A stretch of 64,000 nucleotides of DNA. It comes from an uncultured Candidatus Saccharibacteria bacterium. Lineage in GTDB: Bacteria; Patescibacteriota; Minisyncoccia; Phycocordibacterales; Phycocordibacteraceae. Where the stretch lies: the NCBI GenBank assembly GCA_964638585.1, contig CAZXAN010000003.1:30047-94046 (forward strand), read 5' to 3'. Of this stretch, positions 38,586 to 47,903 are shown one piece after another. Position 1 is the stretch's first letter; the number at the start of each line of letters is the position of its first letter. Both the position numbers and the translations under genes were made by a program. The notes beneath the pieces are model-generated. The model did not search any database, was not told the DNA's origin, and saw nothing but the letters and a program-made list of their open reading frames with translations.

Positions 38586-39098
38586 ATGAATAGGATCGCT
38601 CGCTTCACCGCATCACTGCTGTTCGTCGCCGCGCTGTTCCCCGTCCAGGCAATGGCTCAGAAAATGGGTATCCTCGGGGAGTGGGGGTTCAACTTTTCCA
38701 ACGGTCGTTTCCTCAGCCAATCGGTGGAACACAGCTTCGCCGACCTTGGAATGGGTACGGTAACTGTTGAGTTCTCAGCGGTGCCGAGAATCTCCGCGAC
38801 CAAGGAGCTCTATACCGGAAACGTCAAGTCAATCGAGGGTTGGAGCCCCGGATTACAGCCCTACCCCTTCTCTTTTGTTGAGATGTCGTGCACACCGACG
38901 TTTTGGGCGTGCGACATCAGGGTCGTGATCAACTGGAAGGGTCACCTGATCTACGATCTGAACTGGGAGATGGAGGGCAACGTCTCGGTGTCGGGTAAGA
39001 AAATGCTCGGCTCTGAAATGGGGCTTTATTACGAGCAGGGACTAAAGGATCCGTCCTTGCGGTTCTACACAGACATTCACGCCACGAAAGTGAAGTGA
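38586..39098 (+). CDS. Small secreted protein 1 (170 aa, unknown function)
   Basis: Signal peptide (MNRIARFTASLLFVAALFPVQAMAQ), SD AAAGGAG 8 nt upstream, own terminator, GC-enriched. Confidence 0.6.
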   Translation: MNRIARFTASLLFVAALFPVQAMAQKMGILGEWGFNFSNGRFLSQSVEHSFADLGMGTVTVEFSAVPRISATKELYTGNVKSIEGWSPGLQPYPFSFVEMSCTPTFWACDIRVVINWKGHLIYDLNWEMEGNVSVSGKKMLGSEMGLYYEQGLKDPSLRFYTDIHATKVK

Positions 39099-39120
39099 CG
39101 AAAAGGGCAGGACATCACGA

Positions 39121-39152
39121 CGCCGGGGACTTTTGTCCTCGGCGTTTTTTTA
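39121..39152 (+). terminator. Intrinsic terminator CGCCGGGGA-CTTTTG-TCCTCGGCG plus TTTTTTTA
   Basis: 9-bp stem with one mismatch, followed by a T8 run. Confidence 0.75.
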
Positions 39153-39164
39153 TTTAAAAAGAAT

Positions 39165-39194
39165 TTGACAAAATAACGCTATATACTGTAGGGT
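39165..39194 (+). promoter_or_regulatory. Promoter-like TTGACAAAATAA...TATATACTGTAGGGTG upstream of secreted protein 2
   Basis: Shares the TTGACAAA(A)TAA / TATATACT boxes with 39864-39892 and 24141-24168 (minus strand). Confidence 0.45.
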
Positions 39195-39263
39195 GCGACC
39201 AGATGTCCCCGTATAGGCGAAGAGATTCGTCTGCGGTTTCTGCAACTAATATTAGAGGTGATC

Positions 39264-39803
39264 ATGAAAAAGCTCGTGTTTGGTATTTTCGGCGCCATAG
39301 TGGCACTTGCAACAGCCGCAATACCTATGACAGCATCAGCCGCCATGCAGATTGACTCACAGCTGTTGGGTCGCAAGAGTCTTGAAGTCTGTAATGGCGG
39401 GTGGATGACTCCCGATGGAAGTCGCGGGAGCTTCACCTGTCGGACCTGGGAGTTGAATATGCAGTTCGGCCAGATATACCCAGCCTACCAGGGCTACCCT
39501 GAATTGGCGTTATACTTCGGAAATGTCGTAAACTCATGTGGGTCTGGATCGGCAGTTGAACTGTACATAGAGGCTACCAGGCCTGAAGTCGCCGAGATAC
39601 GAGTGCGCCTGGACGTGTGCGATGTACCGCCGATAAACGGCATCCCGCAGGTGTACCTTATCTTGAGCGGTAATCTCTACGCCACGCATCGCCAACATCT
39701 GTACGGGGTGACAACGTCGATAATGTACGATAACCGGAAGCTGGACGGCCACCCGAAAAATATCGGCATGTACGTCGGGTTCGTCGACATAACGCCGAAA
39801 TAG
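39264..39803 (+). CDS. Small secreted protein 2 (179 aa, unknown function, 6 Cys)
   Basis: Signal peptide MKKLVFGIFGAIVALATAAIPMTASA, SD AGAGGTG, own promoter and terminator. Confidence 0.6.
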   Translation: MKKLVFGIFGAIVALATAAIPMTASAAMQIDSQLLGRKSLEVCNGGWMTPDGSRGSFTCRTWELNMQFGQIYPAYQGYPELALYFGNVVNSCGSGSAVELYIEATRPEVAEIRVRLDVCDVPPINGIPQVYLILSGNLYATHRQHLYGVTTSIMYDNRKLDGHPKNIGMYVGFVDITPK

Positions 39804-39821
39804 TTTTCACTCACTCACTTA

Positions 39822-39849
39822 TCGCCAGCCACGTGCTGGCGATTTTTTT
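39822..39849 (+). terminator. Intrinsic terminator TCGCCAGCCACGTGCTGGCGA plus TTTTTTTA
   Basis: Perfect 8-bp stem followed by a T7 run. Confidence 0.8.
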
Positions 39850-39863
39850 ATACCATGACACCT

Positions 39864-39892
39864 TGACAAATAATCACTTTAGGTATATACTA
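39864..39892 (+). promoter_or_regulatory. Sigma70-like promoter TTGACA-N17-TATACT upstream of secreted protein 3
   Basis: TTGACAAATAATCACTTTAGGTATATACT. Confidence 0.55.
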
Positions 39893-39960
39893 TACGTAGT
39901 AGTTCCCCGCTAGGCATCCTGCCTATCGGGCTTTCACAACCAAAGAAAGGAAGTAAAATC

Positions 39961-40632
39961 ATGATGAAATGGCTTGCAGCTGTATTGTTAGTCCTCGGGA
40001 TTTCTGCGAATCTGCCCCAGGCCTCGGCTCAAATGGGGCCACCGACTGTAGGACCGACGCTAGTCGCCTCGTTTGCAGTCCCTTGCGAGATCTACGCCGG
40101 GTACTTCGGTATCCCGGCAGGGTACACAATGGGAATGGGGTACTTCGATGTGTATGACGGAGGCGACCCGTGGATTATCAAATACAACGGCGGCTGTATG
40201 CGGCCGGCGACGCGCTTAGCCGGCAGCATGTCAACCAACCTCGTCGTGAAGATGCTTAAGAAGGGCGCCTTGAGTGGTGGGACCACTCAATACACCTTCG
40301 GGCTCGATATAAAGACCGGACAGATGAATGACGACGGGAGTGAGTACTACTCTTCTGTCGTTCTCAATGGTTGGACGACCAATGGTGCATCCGCGACCGT
40401 CAGCTTCGACCCGAGACAAGGCGCAGGAGAGATTTATTTCTACTTACCACTTCAGACACCTGTTGGACAGGATCAGGCGTTTCTCCAATTCGGTTGCAGA
40501 TTCTTCTCTACAACAGCAAACGAAAGAGAGTGGAAAGGGTTCCTGAATAATTACGCCGATTATCAAGACGGAGGTCGTACGGTCGTCACGATCGGAGGCG
40601 GCGAGTGCTCCGCGAGCCCCAGTAAGGGCTAA
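39961..40632 (+). CDS. Small secreted protein 3 (223 aa, unknown function)
   Basis: Signal peptide MMKWLAAVLLVLGISANLPQASAQ, SD AAGGAAG 7 nt upstream, own terminator. Confidence 0.6.
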   Translation: MMKWLAAVLLVLGISANLPQASAQMGPPTVGPTLVASFAVPCEIYAGYFGIPAGYTMGMGYFDVYDGGDPWIIKYNGGCMRPATRLAGSMSTNLVVKMLKKGALSGGTTQYTFGLDIKTGQMNDDGSEYYSSVVLNGWTTNGASATVSFDPRQGAGEIYFYLPLQTPVGQDQAFLQFGCRFFSTTANEREWKGFLNNYADYQDGGRTVVTIGGGECSASPSKG

Positions 40633-40650
40633 ATCGGCATCGCAGGACGA

Positions 40651-40686
40651 ATCGCCGGGCTCCGTAAGGAGACCGGCGATTTTTTA
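40651..40686 (+). terminator. Intrinsic terminator ATCGCCGG...CCGGCGAT plus TTTTTAT
   Basis: 8-bp perfect stem with a 14-nt loop, then a T-run. Confidence 0.7.
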
Positions 40687-40697
40687 TACACGAGTTT

Positions 40698-40725
40698 ACC
40701 CAGCACCTATTCACATAGGTGCTGG
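40698..40725. promoter_or_regulatory. Perfect 12-bp inverted repeat CCCAGCACCTAT-TCAC-ATAGGTGCTGGG upstream of secG
   Basis: Lies between the preceding terminator and the secG -10 (TATATT), so it could be an operator or an RNA hairpin. Confidence 0.4.
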
Positions 40726-40766
40726 GTTGCGCGCGTTTGATGCTCCGTGCTATATTAGGAGCACAG

Positions 40767-41006
40767 ATGGAGGCACTCGTATCGGCACTACCGTACGCGG
40801 AAATAATCCTCTCAATACTCCTCATCGTCGGCATCGTGCTACAACAGCGCGGAGCCACCCTCGGGGGAGCCTTTGGAGGAGACAACTTCGCGTCGACGTT
40901 TTATAAGCGCAGAGGCGCCGAGAAATTTCTATTTAACGCGACAATCGTAATCGCGATTCTTCTCGTACTCGCAGCCGTAGCGAACTTCCTTCTGGCAGGG
41001 TTATGA
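40767..41006 (+). CDS. secG: Preprotein translocase subunit SecG
   Basis: About 80 aa with two TM helices and a Gly-rich loop (LQQRGATLGGAFGG). SD AGGAG 6 nt upstream. The raw ORF's N-terminal extension is discarded. Confidence 0.7.
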   Translation: MEALVSALPYAEIILSILLIVGIVLQQRGATLGGAFGGDNFASTFYKRRGAEKFLFNATIVIAILLVLAAVANFLLAGL

Positions 41007-42748
41007 ACGAAGAAGTGTGGGAGAAGTTAAAGCGCGTTAGAAGTGTGGTTGCGCTTGATCGTTTACAAGAGCGTGTCAGCTCTTTATCGTCTGGCGATAG
41101 GGTCATATTCTATGCACTCGCGATTCTTGTATCAATTGCATCTATATTAAGTCTGTACGAACTAGAGAAGTCGCTTCTTGTCACAGTACCAGCATATGGA
41201 GGCACGCTCGTTGAAGGAGAGCTAGGCAATCCTCGTTTCATTAATCCTCTACTTGCGATGAGTGACGCCGATCGCGACCTATCAACACTTGTATATGCCG
41301 GTCTTATGGGCTTGTCAGGCGACGGCTCTCTTGTGCCCGTACTCGCAAGCGAGTACAAGATCTCTCCTGATGGCAAAACGTATACATTTACATTGAGGGA
41401 GAATATTAATTTCTCAGATGGGACCCCCGTGACTGCATCTGATATCGTCTTCACTGTAGAAAAAGCTCAGGACCCGGCGCTCAAGAGCCCAGAATATGCA
41501 AACTGGTCTGGCGTCGGTGTTGAGGCTGTAGACGCTCGCACTATTGTATTTAAGCTCTCAAAGTCTTATGCCCCATTCTTAGGTTTGACTACTCTAGGCA
41601 TTTTACCTGCGAGATTATGGCAAAAAATTTCAAACGAAGAGTTTCCATTCTCAACACTTGAGACAAATCCTATCGGAGCTGGACCGTTTGTGATTAACGA
41701 CGTCTCTCGTAACTCTTCAGGTCTTATAGAGAGAGTGTCTCTCAAGGCGAATTCGCGCTATGCGCTAGGGCGACCGTACCTAGACGGTATTAAATTCAAC
41801 TTCTATCCACGAATTGAGGATTTAGAGGGAGCCTTCAAGAGCGGGTCTATAAAAAGCGCATACGACTTGCCTATTGATAGTAATGGAGACAAACAGGAGT
41901 TTCGGACCATGACAGCGCCATATACCAGAGTCTTTGGAGTATTCTGGAATCCGAGTGAGAAGCAGGTTTATGCACGCGTTGAAGTGCGCAAAGCTCTGTC
42001 GCTCGCACTCAATAGAGAAAAGATTGTGAGCGAAACCCTTGGCGGATATGCCACTAGTATTATGGGGCCAGTCCCTCCTGGCGGTAGTGTTAAACAGGTC
42101 GCAATACCAAAGTCTGAAAATCCGACAGCTAGCGCAAGAACAATTCTTGAAGCAAATGGGTGGACCTACGACGGACAAGCGCGTATCTGGAAAAATTCTT
42201 CGGCTAAACAACAGCTTGATCGGATCGTTCTGCGAACTTCAAACGTTCCAGAATTGAAGAACGTAGCTGGTGCGATAAAAACAGACTGGGAAAATCTTGG
42301 AGTATCCGTTGATATAGAGCTCTACGAGCCAGGCGATCTGTCACAAAACGTTATTCATCCGCGCAAATATGAAGCTCTTCTCTACGGCATGGTGATAGGC
42401 AGAGACCAAGACCTTTACGCGTTCTGGGATTCTCAAGAGAGAAATGACCCAGGGCTAAATATTTCACTCTATGTGAACAAGACAGTAGACACTTTGCTTG
42501 AGAGCGTGCGTTCAAGCATAGATCCTGTCGTGAGAGCTGACAGTTTGCAAAAGATTGAGGACACTATCGCTTCAGACTACCCGGCTGCGTTTCTGTATTC
42601 GCCAAACTTCATTTATTTAACACCAAGAACTCTAAATGGGGTGGAGCTACCACAGATCATAAACCCAGCAGATAGATTCGCTACCGTCACTTCATGGTAT
42701 GTAGAGACAGACTCTGTTTGGCCATTTTTTGCAAAGACAAGTAAGTAA
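41003..42748 (+). CDS. ABC transporter substrate-binding protein, family 5 (oligopeptide/nickel type), membrane-anchored
   Basis: N-terminal TM anchor followed by an SBP_bac_5-like domain. ATGA overlap with secG. Confidence 0.75.
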   Translation: MNEEVWEKLKRVRSVVALDRLQERVSSLSSGDRVIFYALAILVSIASILSLYELEKSLLVTVPAYGGTLVEGELGNPRFINPLLAMSDADRDLSTLVYAGLMGLSGDGSLVPVLASEYKISPDGKTYTFTLRENINFSDGTPVTASDIVFTVEKAQDPALKSPEYANWSGVGVEAVDARTIVFKLSKSYAPFLGLTTLGILPARLWQKISNEEFPFSTLETNPIGAGPFVINDVSRNSSGLIERVSLKANSRYALGRPYLDGIKFNFYPRIEDLEGAFKSGSIKSAYDLPIDSNGDKQEFRTMTAPYTRVFGVFWNPSEKQVYARVEVRKALSLALNREKIVSETLGGYATSIMGPVPPGGSVKQVAIPKSENPTASARTILEANGWTYDGQARIWKNSSAKQQLDRIVLRTSNVPELKNVAGAIKTDWENLGVSVDIELYEPGDLSQNVIHPRKYEALLYGMVIGRDQDLYAFWDSQERNDPGLNISLYVNKTVDTLLESVRSSIDPVVRADSLQKIEDTIASDYPAAFLYSPNFIYLTPRTLNGVELPQIINPADRFATVTSWYVETDSVWPFFAKTSK

Positions 42749-42802
42749 TTTCCGTACGGGTTATCACATTATTAATTTTGAAAGCCCATTAATTGAACAT
42801 CT

Positions 42803-44728
42803 ATGAACACCGCACCAGCACCTGCTCCGGCCCCGGCCGGCGCACAGTCAGGAGCAAACAGACCTCAAGCGACGCATCATGTCGGTCCTAAACGATATGA
42901 AGGGAGTGGCAGACCACCTAGCCGTTCTTCTTCGCGAGGAGCACCGCGCCCAGGTGGAGCATCAAGACGTATCCAGAGGATACTGCGCCGTCCTGCGTCT
43001 AACCCAATGCGCATTAACAATGCAATAGACTACTATCCAGAGCCGGTAGGGCCGACATCTGTCCGCATTATCCCGCTCGGCGGAGTAGAAGAAGTCGGTC
43101 GTAATATGACTGCAGTAGAGGTAGGAGCAACAGGCGATATCCTAGTATTTGACGCTGGGTTCCAATTCGTCTCTGAGGACACTTCTCCAGGCGTTGACTA
43201 TATTCTCCCAAATACAAAGTACCTAGAGAAAAATGCGAGTCGAGTAAAAGGGGTGATAATCACTCACGGGCACCTAGACCACATAGGGGGTATCCCATTT
43301 ACTCTTCCACGATTCGGTAATCCACCTATCTACACGCAAAACTTTACAGCAATTATGATCCAGCGTCGTCAAGAAGAGTATCCTGACGTACCAACATCTG
43401 TAGTTAACATTGTTGAGGTTGGACAATCTGTCGTGATCGGCTCTACGCGTGTAAAGTTCTTCCCTGTTACGCACTCTATCCCTGACTCTATGGGCGTCTC
43501 AATAGAGACACCTCAAGGCAACGTGGTTATTACAGGCGATCTTAAACTTGACCACGACGACGGTACACCGAGCGAGCGCGAAGTGAAAACTTGGGGCGAG
43601 CTCGGTAAAGATAAAAATATATTCTTCATAGCAGACTCAACAAACGCCGAGAGAGACGGGTTCTCTATACCAGAGAAGCGCGTTATACAGACGCTTGAAG
43701 ATATCATCAAGACAGTTTCGGGCCGTCTTATTATCGGCACTTTTGCATCTCAAGTTGAGAGAATGCTTCACATCATCTTAACCGCAGAAAAACTTGGTAA
43801 GAAGGTGGTCACAGAAGGTCGCTCTATACGCAACTATCTAGAATGTGCTGAAAAGGCAGGGATTGTAAAAATTGATAAAGGTACGATTATCCCAGCGCAA
43901 GATATTGGCAACTATCCGCCTGACAAAATAGTCATCTTATCTACTGGTGCGCAGGGCGAGGAGTTTGCCGCTTTGATGCGCATAGCGACTAAACAGCACA
44001 AATACATCACGCTTACCGAGCGCGACACTATCGTGCTATCGTCTTCAGTCATCCCTGGTAATGAGATCTCTGTGCAGAAACTGAAAGACAATCTGTATCG
44101 GCACAATGTCTCTCTGATCCATTATCGCTCAAGCGACGTCCACTCTACCGGTCACGGCAATACAGGTGAGCTTGTATGGATCAATAAGCAGATCCATCCA
44201 AAGTTCTTTATGCCTGCCTACGGCTATCGCTCAATGACTGCGTGCCACGCCAAGGCGGTTGAGCAATCTGGCTTCCCTCGCGAGAACATCATTATCGCCG
44301 ATAACGGAACGGTCATTGACATTGAAGACGGGGAGAGAATGAACGTGCACAAACAGAGAGTTCCAAATTCGCAAATGGTCGTTGACGGCTTCAACATCGG
44401 CGATATACAAGAAGTTGTTATCCGTGATCGTCAGTCGCTCGCCAAAGACGGCATGTTCGTGATTATCGCGAGCGTTAACCTCAAGACCGGCAAGTTGCGC
44501 AAATCGCCCGACATCATCAGCCGAGGCTTCGTCTACCTGCGCGAGTCGCAGAATTTGCTAAATGAAGGACGTATTCTAATTAAGAAAACAGTTGAAGATT
44601 CTACGCGCAACATGAACCCGATTGACCTAGACTACGTGAAGAATAATCTCACAGACGTTATGGCCGGATTCCTCTTTGCGCGCACCAACAAAGCCCCGAT
44701 GGTGATCCCAGTTCTCATCGGAATGTGA
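42803..44728 (+). CDS. rnj: Ribonuclease J (beta-CASP metallo-beta-lactamase family)
   Basis: HGHLDHIGG metal motif, beta-CASP and C-terminal domains. An Ala/Pro/Arg-rich basic N-terminal extension precedes them. Confidence 0.85.
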   Translation: MNTAPAPAPAPAGAQSGANRPQATHHVGPKRYEGSGRPPSRSSSRGAPRPGGASRRIQRILRRPASNPMRINNAIDYYPEPVGPTSVRIIPLGGVEEVGRNMTAVEVGATGDILVFDAGFQFVSEDTSPGVDYILPNTKYLEKNASRVKGVIITHGHLDHIGGIPFTLPRFGNPPIYTQNFTAIMIQRRQEEYPDVPTSVVNIVEVGQSVVIGSTRVKFFPVTHSIPDSMGVSIETPQGNVVITGDLKLDHDDGTPSEREVKTWGELGKDKNIFFIADSTNAERDGFSIPEKRVIQTLEDIIKTVSGRLIIGTFASQVERMLHIILTAEKLGKKVVTEGRSIRNYLECAEKAGIVKIDKGTIIPAQDIGNYPPDKIVILSTGAQGEEFAALMRIATKQHKYITLTERDTIVLSSSVIPGNEISVQKLKDNLYRHNVSLIHYRSSDVHSTGHGNTGELVWINKQIHPKFFMPAYGYRSMTACHAKAVEQSGFPRENIIIADNGTVIDIEDGERMNVHKQRVPNSQMVVDGFNIGDIQEVVIRDRQSLAKDGMFVIIASVNLKTGKLRKSPDIISRGFVYLRESQNLLNEGRILIKKTVEDSTRNMNPIDLDYVKNNLTDVMAGFLFARTNKAPMVIPVLIGM

Positions 44729-44755
44729 ATTTAGCCTACCTAAATTCATGTCGAT

Positions 44756-44790
44756 AAAAACAAGCAGTCCGTTCGGGCTGCTTGTTTTTA
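44756..44790 (+). terminator. Intrinsic terminator AACAAGCAG-N10-CTGCTTGTT plus TTTTAT
   Basis: Perfect 9-bp stem downstream of rnj. A second hairpin (AAACTGCGCG-TA-CGCGCAGTTT) lies at 44828-44858. Confidence 0.7.
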
Positions 44791-44890
44791 TCGACTAGGT
44801 CCAGTATTCCTGGAATCATGTCAGTAAAAGAAAACTGCGCGTACGCGCAGTTTTCTTTTACCGACGAACGCATGTGATATTCTAAGCAGA

Positions 44891-46045
44891 ATGCATCCGC
44901 GGATTATTTTGTCAGTTGGGAATTTTTTCTTCTCACTATTCTCTGCTCTCGTTACTTTTATTTTACTCCCATACCTCTCCACCTTTATGCCGGTGGCATA
45001 CACCGGCTTCGTGGTCGCAGGCAGTGCAGTCGTAGCTGTTATTTTATTCCCATTCATACCTCAAATCGTAGAGCGTTATGGGGTGCAGTATGTAGCGCTC
45101 ATTCTCGCATTTGTAGAGATGATAGTTCTCTTAGCGCTCGCTATCTCTCCCGGAGTTATTGCTGGAGTTCTTCTAATGGCAATCACGATAGCTATGCAAC
45201 CATTCCTCTCTTACAGCCTTGACCTTCTACTGGAAGCAACTATCGCAGACACAAATACGACAGGTCGCGTGCGGGCTCTATTTCGCACAGCGTGGAGCAC
45301 TGCTGCCTTAACTGCCCCACTTCTTCTTGGGGCGCTCCTTGCCGATTCTGACTCATACGGCAGGGTCTTTATTGCTGCCTCTGCAATGCTGATACCGATG
45401 GTTGTGCTCTTCTCAACAAAGAAACTACCCCAAGGCCCGCCTCCGCACATAGGACATATGCGCGATACTCTTGTCCACATTTTGCACAATCGCGACCTAG
45501 CTGCTGTTACATTCGCGAATCTTCTTCTTTATTTATTTTATATTTGGATGCCTCTATATACTCCATTTTATCTCCACAATATTTTGGGTATTTCGTGGAC
45601 AAGTCTTGGCTGGATGTTCTCAATTATGCTCGTCCCTTACGTATTAATTGAGTACCCAGCAGGATGGATCGCAGATAAGTTCATAGGAGACAAGGAACTG
45701 ATGCTAGCCGGATTCTTAATAGCTGGCGGGTCTACTGCCGCTTTAAGCCTACTAACGCCAGAAACATCACTCGCAATTATTCTAGTAATACTTGTCTGCT
45801 CGCGCGTTGGTTCTGCCTTAATAGAGGCGATGGTTGAGGCGCATTTCTTCCGTCGTGTATCAAAAAGAGATATAAATTCTGTCGGCGTGTTCCGTGGGGT
45901 GTGGCCTCTGTCTTTTATCATCGGTCCTGTTGTCGGCAGTGTTATCCTCATGTACGGTGATTATGCAGACTTCTTTATGCTCACAGGCGGATTTATCGTA
46001 CTCGCTGGGATTACCGCGACCCTTCTAATCAAAGACTTTAAATAG
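44891..46045 (+). CDS. MFS transporter
   Basis: 12 predicted TM helices; 384 aa. Confidence 0.8.
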   Translation: MHPRIILSVGNFFFSLFSALVTFILLPYLSTFMPVAYTGFVVAGSAVVAVILFPFIPQIVERYGVQYVALILAFVEMIVLLALAISPGVIAGVLLMAITIAMQPFLSYSLDLLLEATIADTNTTGRVRALFRTAWSTAALTAPLLLGALLADSDSYGRVFIAASAMLIPMVVLFSTKKLPQGPPPHIGHMRDTLVHILHNRDLAAVTFANLLLYLFYIWMPLYTPFYLHNILGISWTSLGWMFSIMLVPYVLIEYPAGWIADKFIGDKELMLAGFLIAGGSTAALSLLTPETSLAIILVILVCSRVGSALIEAMVEAHFFRRVSKRDINSVGVFRGVWPLSFIIGPVVGSVILMYGDYADFFMLTGGFIVLAGITATLLIKDFK

Positions 46046-46083
46046 GTTTAGCCGTTACGATTCTTGTGCTATGCTCGTAGACA

Positions 46084-47238
46084 ATGCGTCCGCGTACGGT
46101 TATTTTCATCGGGAACTTCTTTTTCTCGATGTTTATCGCTCTCATCACCTATATTCTGCTCCCGTATCTGTCGTCTTTTATGCAATCGGCATACACGGGG
46201 CTGGTTATATCGGGAGGAGCGCTTGTCGCCGTCATCCTCTTCCCTTTTATGCCGAAGCTGGTAGAACGTTATGGGGCACAGCGCCTCATTCTTGTGTTCG
46301 CAACTCTAGAAATGTTCGTTCTCTTGGCACTCTCTGCTTCTCCAGGCCCGATTACGGGGATACTACTCGTCGCAGTCGCTATCGCGCTCCAGCCGTTTAT
46401 GGCTTACCAACTGGATATTCTTTTAGAAACAACGGTTCTAGAAGAGAGCACGACTGGAAGAGTTCGCGCCATATTCCTTACGATGTGGAACATTGCCGCT
46501 CTCGCGGCTCCACTTCTCGTCGGAGCGCTTCTGGCTAGTGCTGATGCATACGGACATGTCTTTTTGTCAGCGGCAGTCGCTATACTACCTTTTATCGCCG
46601 TATTTTCATTCAAACAACTACCTAAGGGAGTTCCGCCAAAGCTTTCTAACTTGAAAAATACACTGACCTGTATTATGCGCGACAGAGATCTGTTCGCAGT
46701 AACTTTCGGACATCTTCTTTTGTACATGTTCTTCGTGTGGGCTCCATTTTATACACCGATATATCTGCACACTGAACTTGGTATTCCGTGGAGCGACCTC
46801 GGCTGGGTATTCTCCATAATGCTATTACCTTATGTATTAATCCAATACCCGGCAGGATTCTTAGCAGATCGAGTTTTCGGCGACAAAGAACTGATGGTGG
46901 CAGGATTTGTTCTCGCTGGAGTATCATTCGCGGCTGTCGGACTCTTCACCGCTTCAACTCCTATAATAATTATTATCTGCGTCCTGTTCGCATCAAGAAT
47001 AGGTGCGGCTCTTGTAGAAGGTATGACAGAGGGTCACTTCTTCAGACGCATGTCGGAGAAAGATGTTAACGCAATTAGTATCTTCCGCGGTATCTGGCCA
47101 CTAACAGAATTTGTAGCGCCAATCATAGGCAGTGCGATACTCATATTCGGCAGTTTTGAGCTATTCTTCTTTCTCACCGGAGGGTTAGTCGCTGTGTTCG
47201 GCTCTATATCAGCCTTGATGATACGAGACTTCCGTTAA
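46084..47238 (+). CDS. MFS transporter (tandem paralog of 44891-46045)
   Basis: Same length and co-linear similarity (MRPRTVIFIGNFFFSMFIALITYILLPYLSSFM vs MHPRIILSVGNFFFSLFSALVTFILLPYLSTFM). Confidence 0.8.
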   Translation: MRPRTVIFIGNFFFSMFIALITYILLPYLSSFMQSAYTGLVISGGALVAVILFPFMPKLVERYGAQRLILVFATLEMFVLLALSASPGPITGILLVAVAIALQPFMAYQLDILLETTVLEESTTGRVRAIFLTMWNIAALAAPLLVGALLASADAYGHVFLSAAVAILPFIAVFSFKQLPKGVPPKLSNLKNTLTCIMRDRDLFAVTFGHLLLYMFFVWAPFYTPIYLHTELGIPWSDLGWVFSIMLLPYVLIQYPAGFLADRVFGDKELMVAGFVLAGVSFAAVGLFTASTPIIIIICVLFASRIGAALVEGMTEGHFFRRMSEKDVNAISIFRGIWPLTEFVAPIIGSAILIFGSFELFFFLTGGLVAVFGSISALMIRDFR

Positions 47239-47243
47239 CTATA

Positions 47244-47903
47244 TTATTTTGCTTTGGGCCATTTGTTGGCTGCGAGTGGATAAAGTTTTGTTAAGGGGTG
47301 ACTAGTGCAGTCGTGGGGGCGGGCTGGGCAGACATAACGTCCGTAAAGCACAAAACCGTTATTAACATACTTCCAATCTTTTTTTGGAATGAGTGTTTCC
47401 AAGTCTTTTGAGATTTTTGTTAGGTCGTCATTATTTGTTAAATCAAAACGTTTCGCAAATCTTTTTACATGCGTATCTGTCGCGATGCCCTCCCACATGG
47501 AATAAAGCTCGCCAAGAATAACGTGCGCTGTCTTGTAGCCAACTCCTGGTAACGCAACAAGCTCTGTCTCTGTTTTAGGGATTTTACCTCCAAACTTTTC
47601 TTGAATGATTTTCGCAGAACCTATAATCGCTTTTGTTTTGTTGTTGAAAAATGGAATGGATGAGATCTCTTTTGCAAATACTACAGGATTAGCATCTGCA
47701 AAATCTTTAGCGCTTTTATATTTTTTAAAAAGAGTTGTTGTGAGTTTGTTTACTGCCTTATCAGTGCATTGTGCAGAGAGAATAACTGCTGTGACAAACT
47801 GAAATGGTGTTTTGTGAGCAAGCTCGCTTTTAGGCTCTCTATACGCCTTTTTCAGATATGAAATTATTTTATTCGCCCTGATTTTCCTTTCACTATTCTT
47901 CAT
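47244..47903 (-). CDS. nth: Endonuclease III-like HhH-GPD DNA glycosylase
   Basis: Helix-hairpin-helix LVALPGVGYKTAHVIL and a catalytic Lys/Asp region. The C-terminal FeS cluster appears incomplete (only two Cys). Confidence 0.7.
   Translation of the reverse strand: MKNSERKIRANKIISYLKKAYREPKSELAHKTPFQFVTAVILSAQCTDKAVNKLTTTLFKKYKSAKDFADANPVVFAKEISSIPFFNNKTKAIIGSAKIIQEKFGGKIPKTETELVALPGVGYKTAHVILGELYSMWEGIATDTHVKRFAKRFDLTNNDDLTKISKDLETLIPKKDWKYVNNGFVLYGRYVCPARPHDCTSHPLTKLYPLAANKWPKAK

Noticed and set aside
44821-45057. 78-aa minus-strand ORF between rnj and the MFS gene.
   Set aside because: It overlaps the start of the + strand MFS gene and spans a palindromic hairpin, and shows no coding signal.
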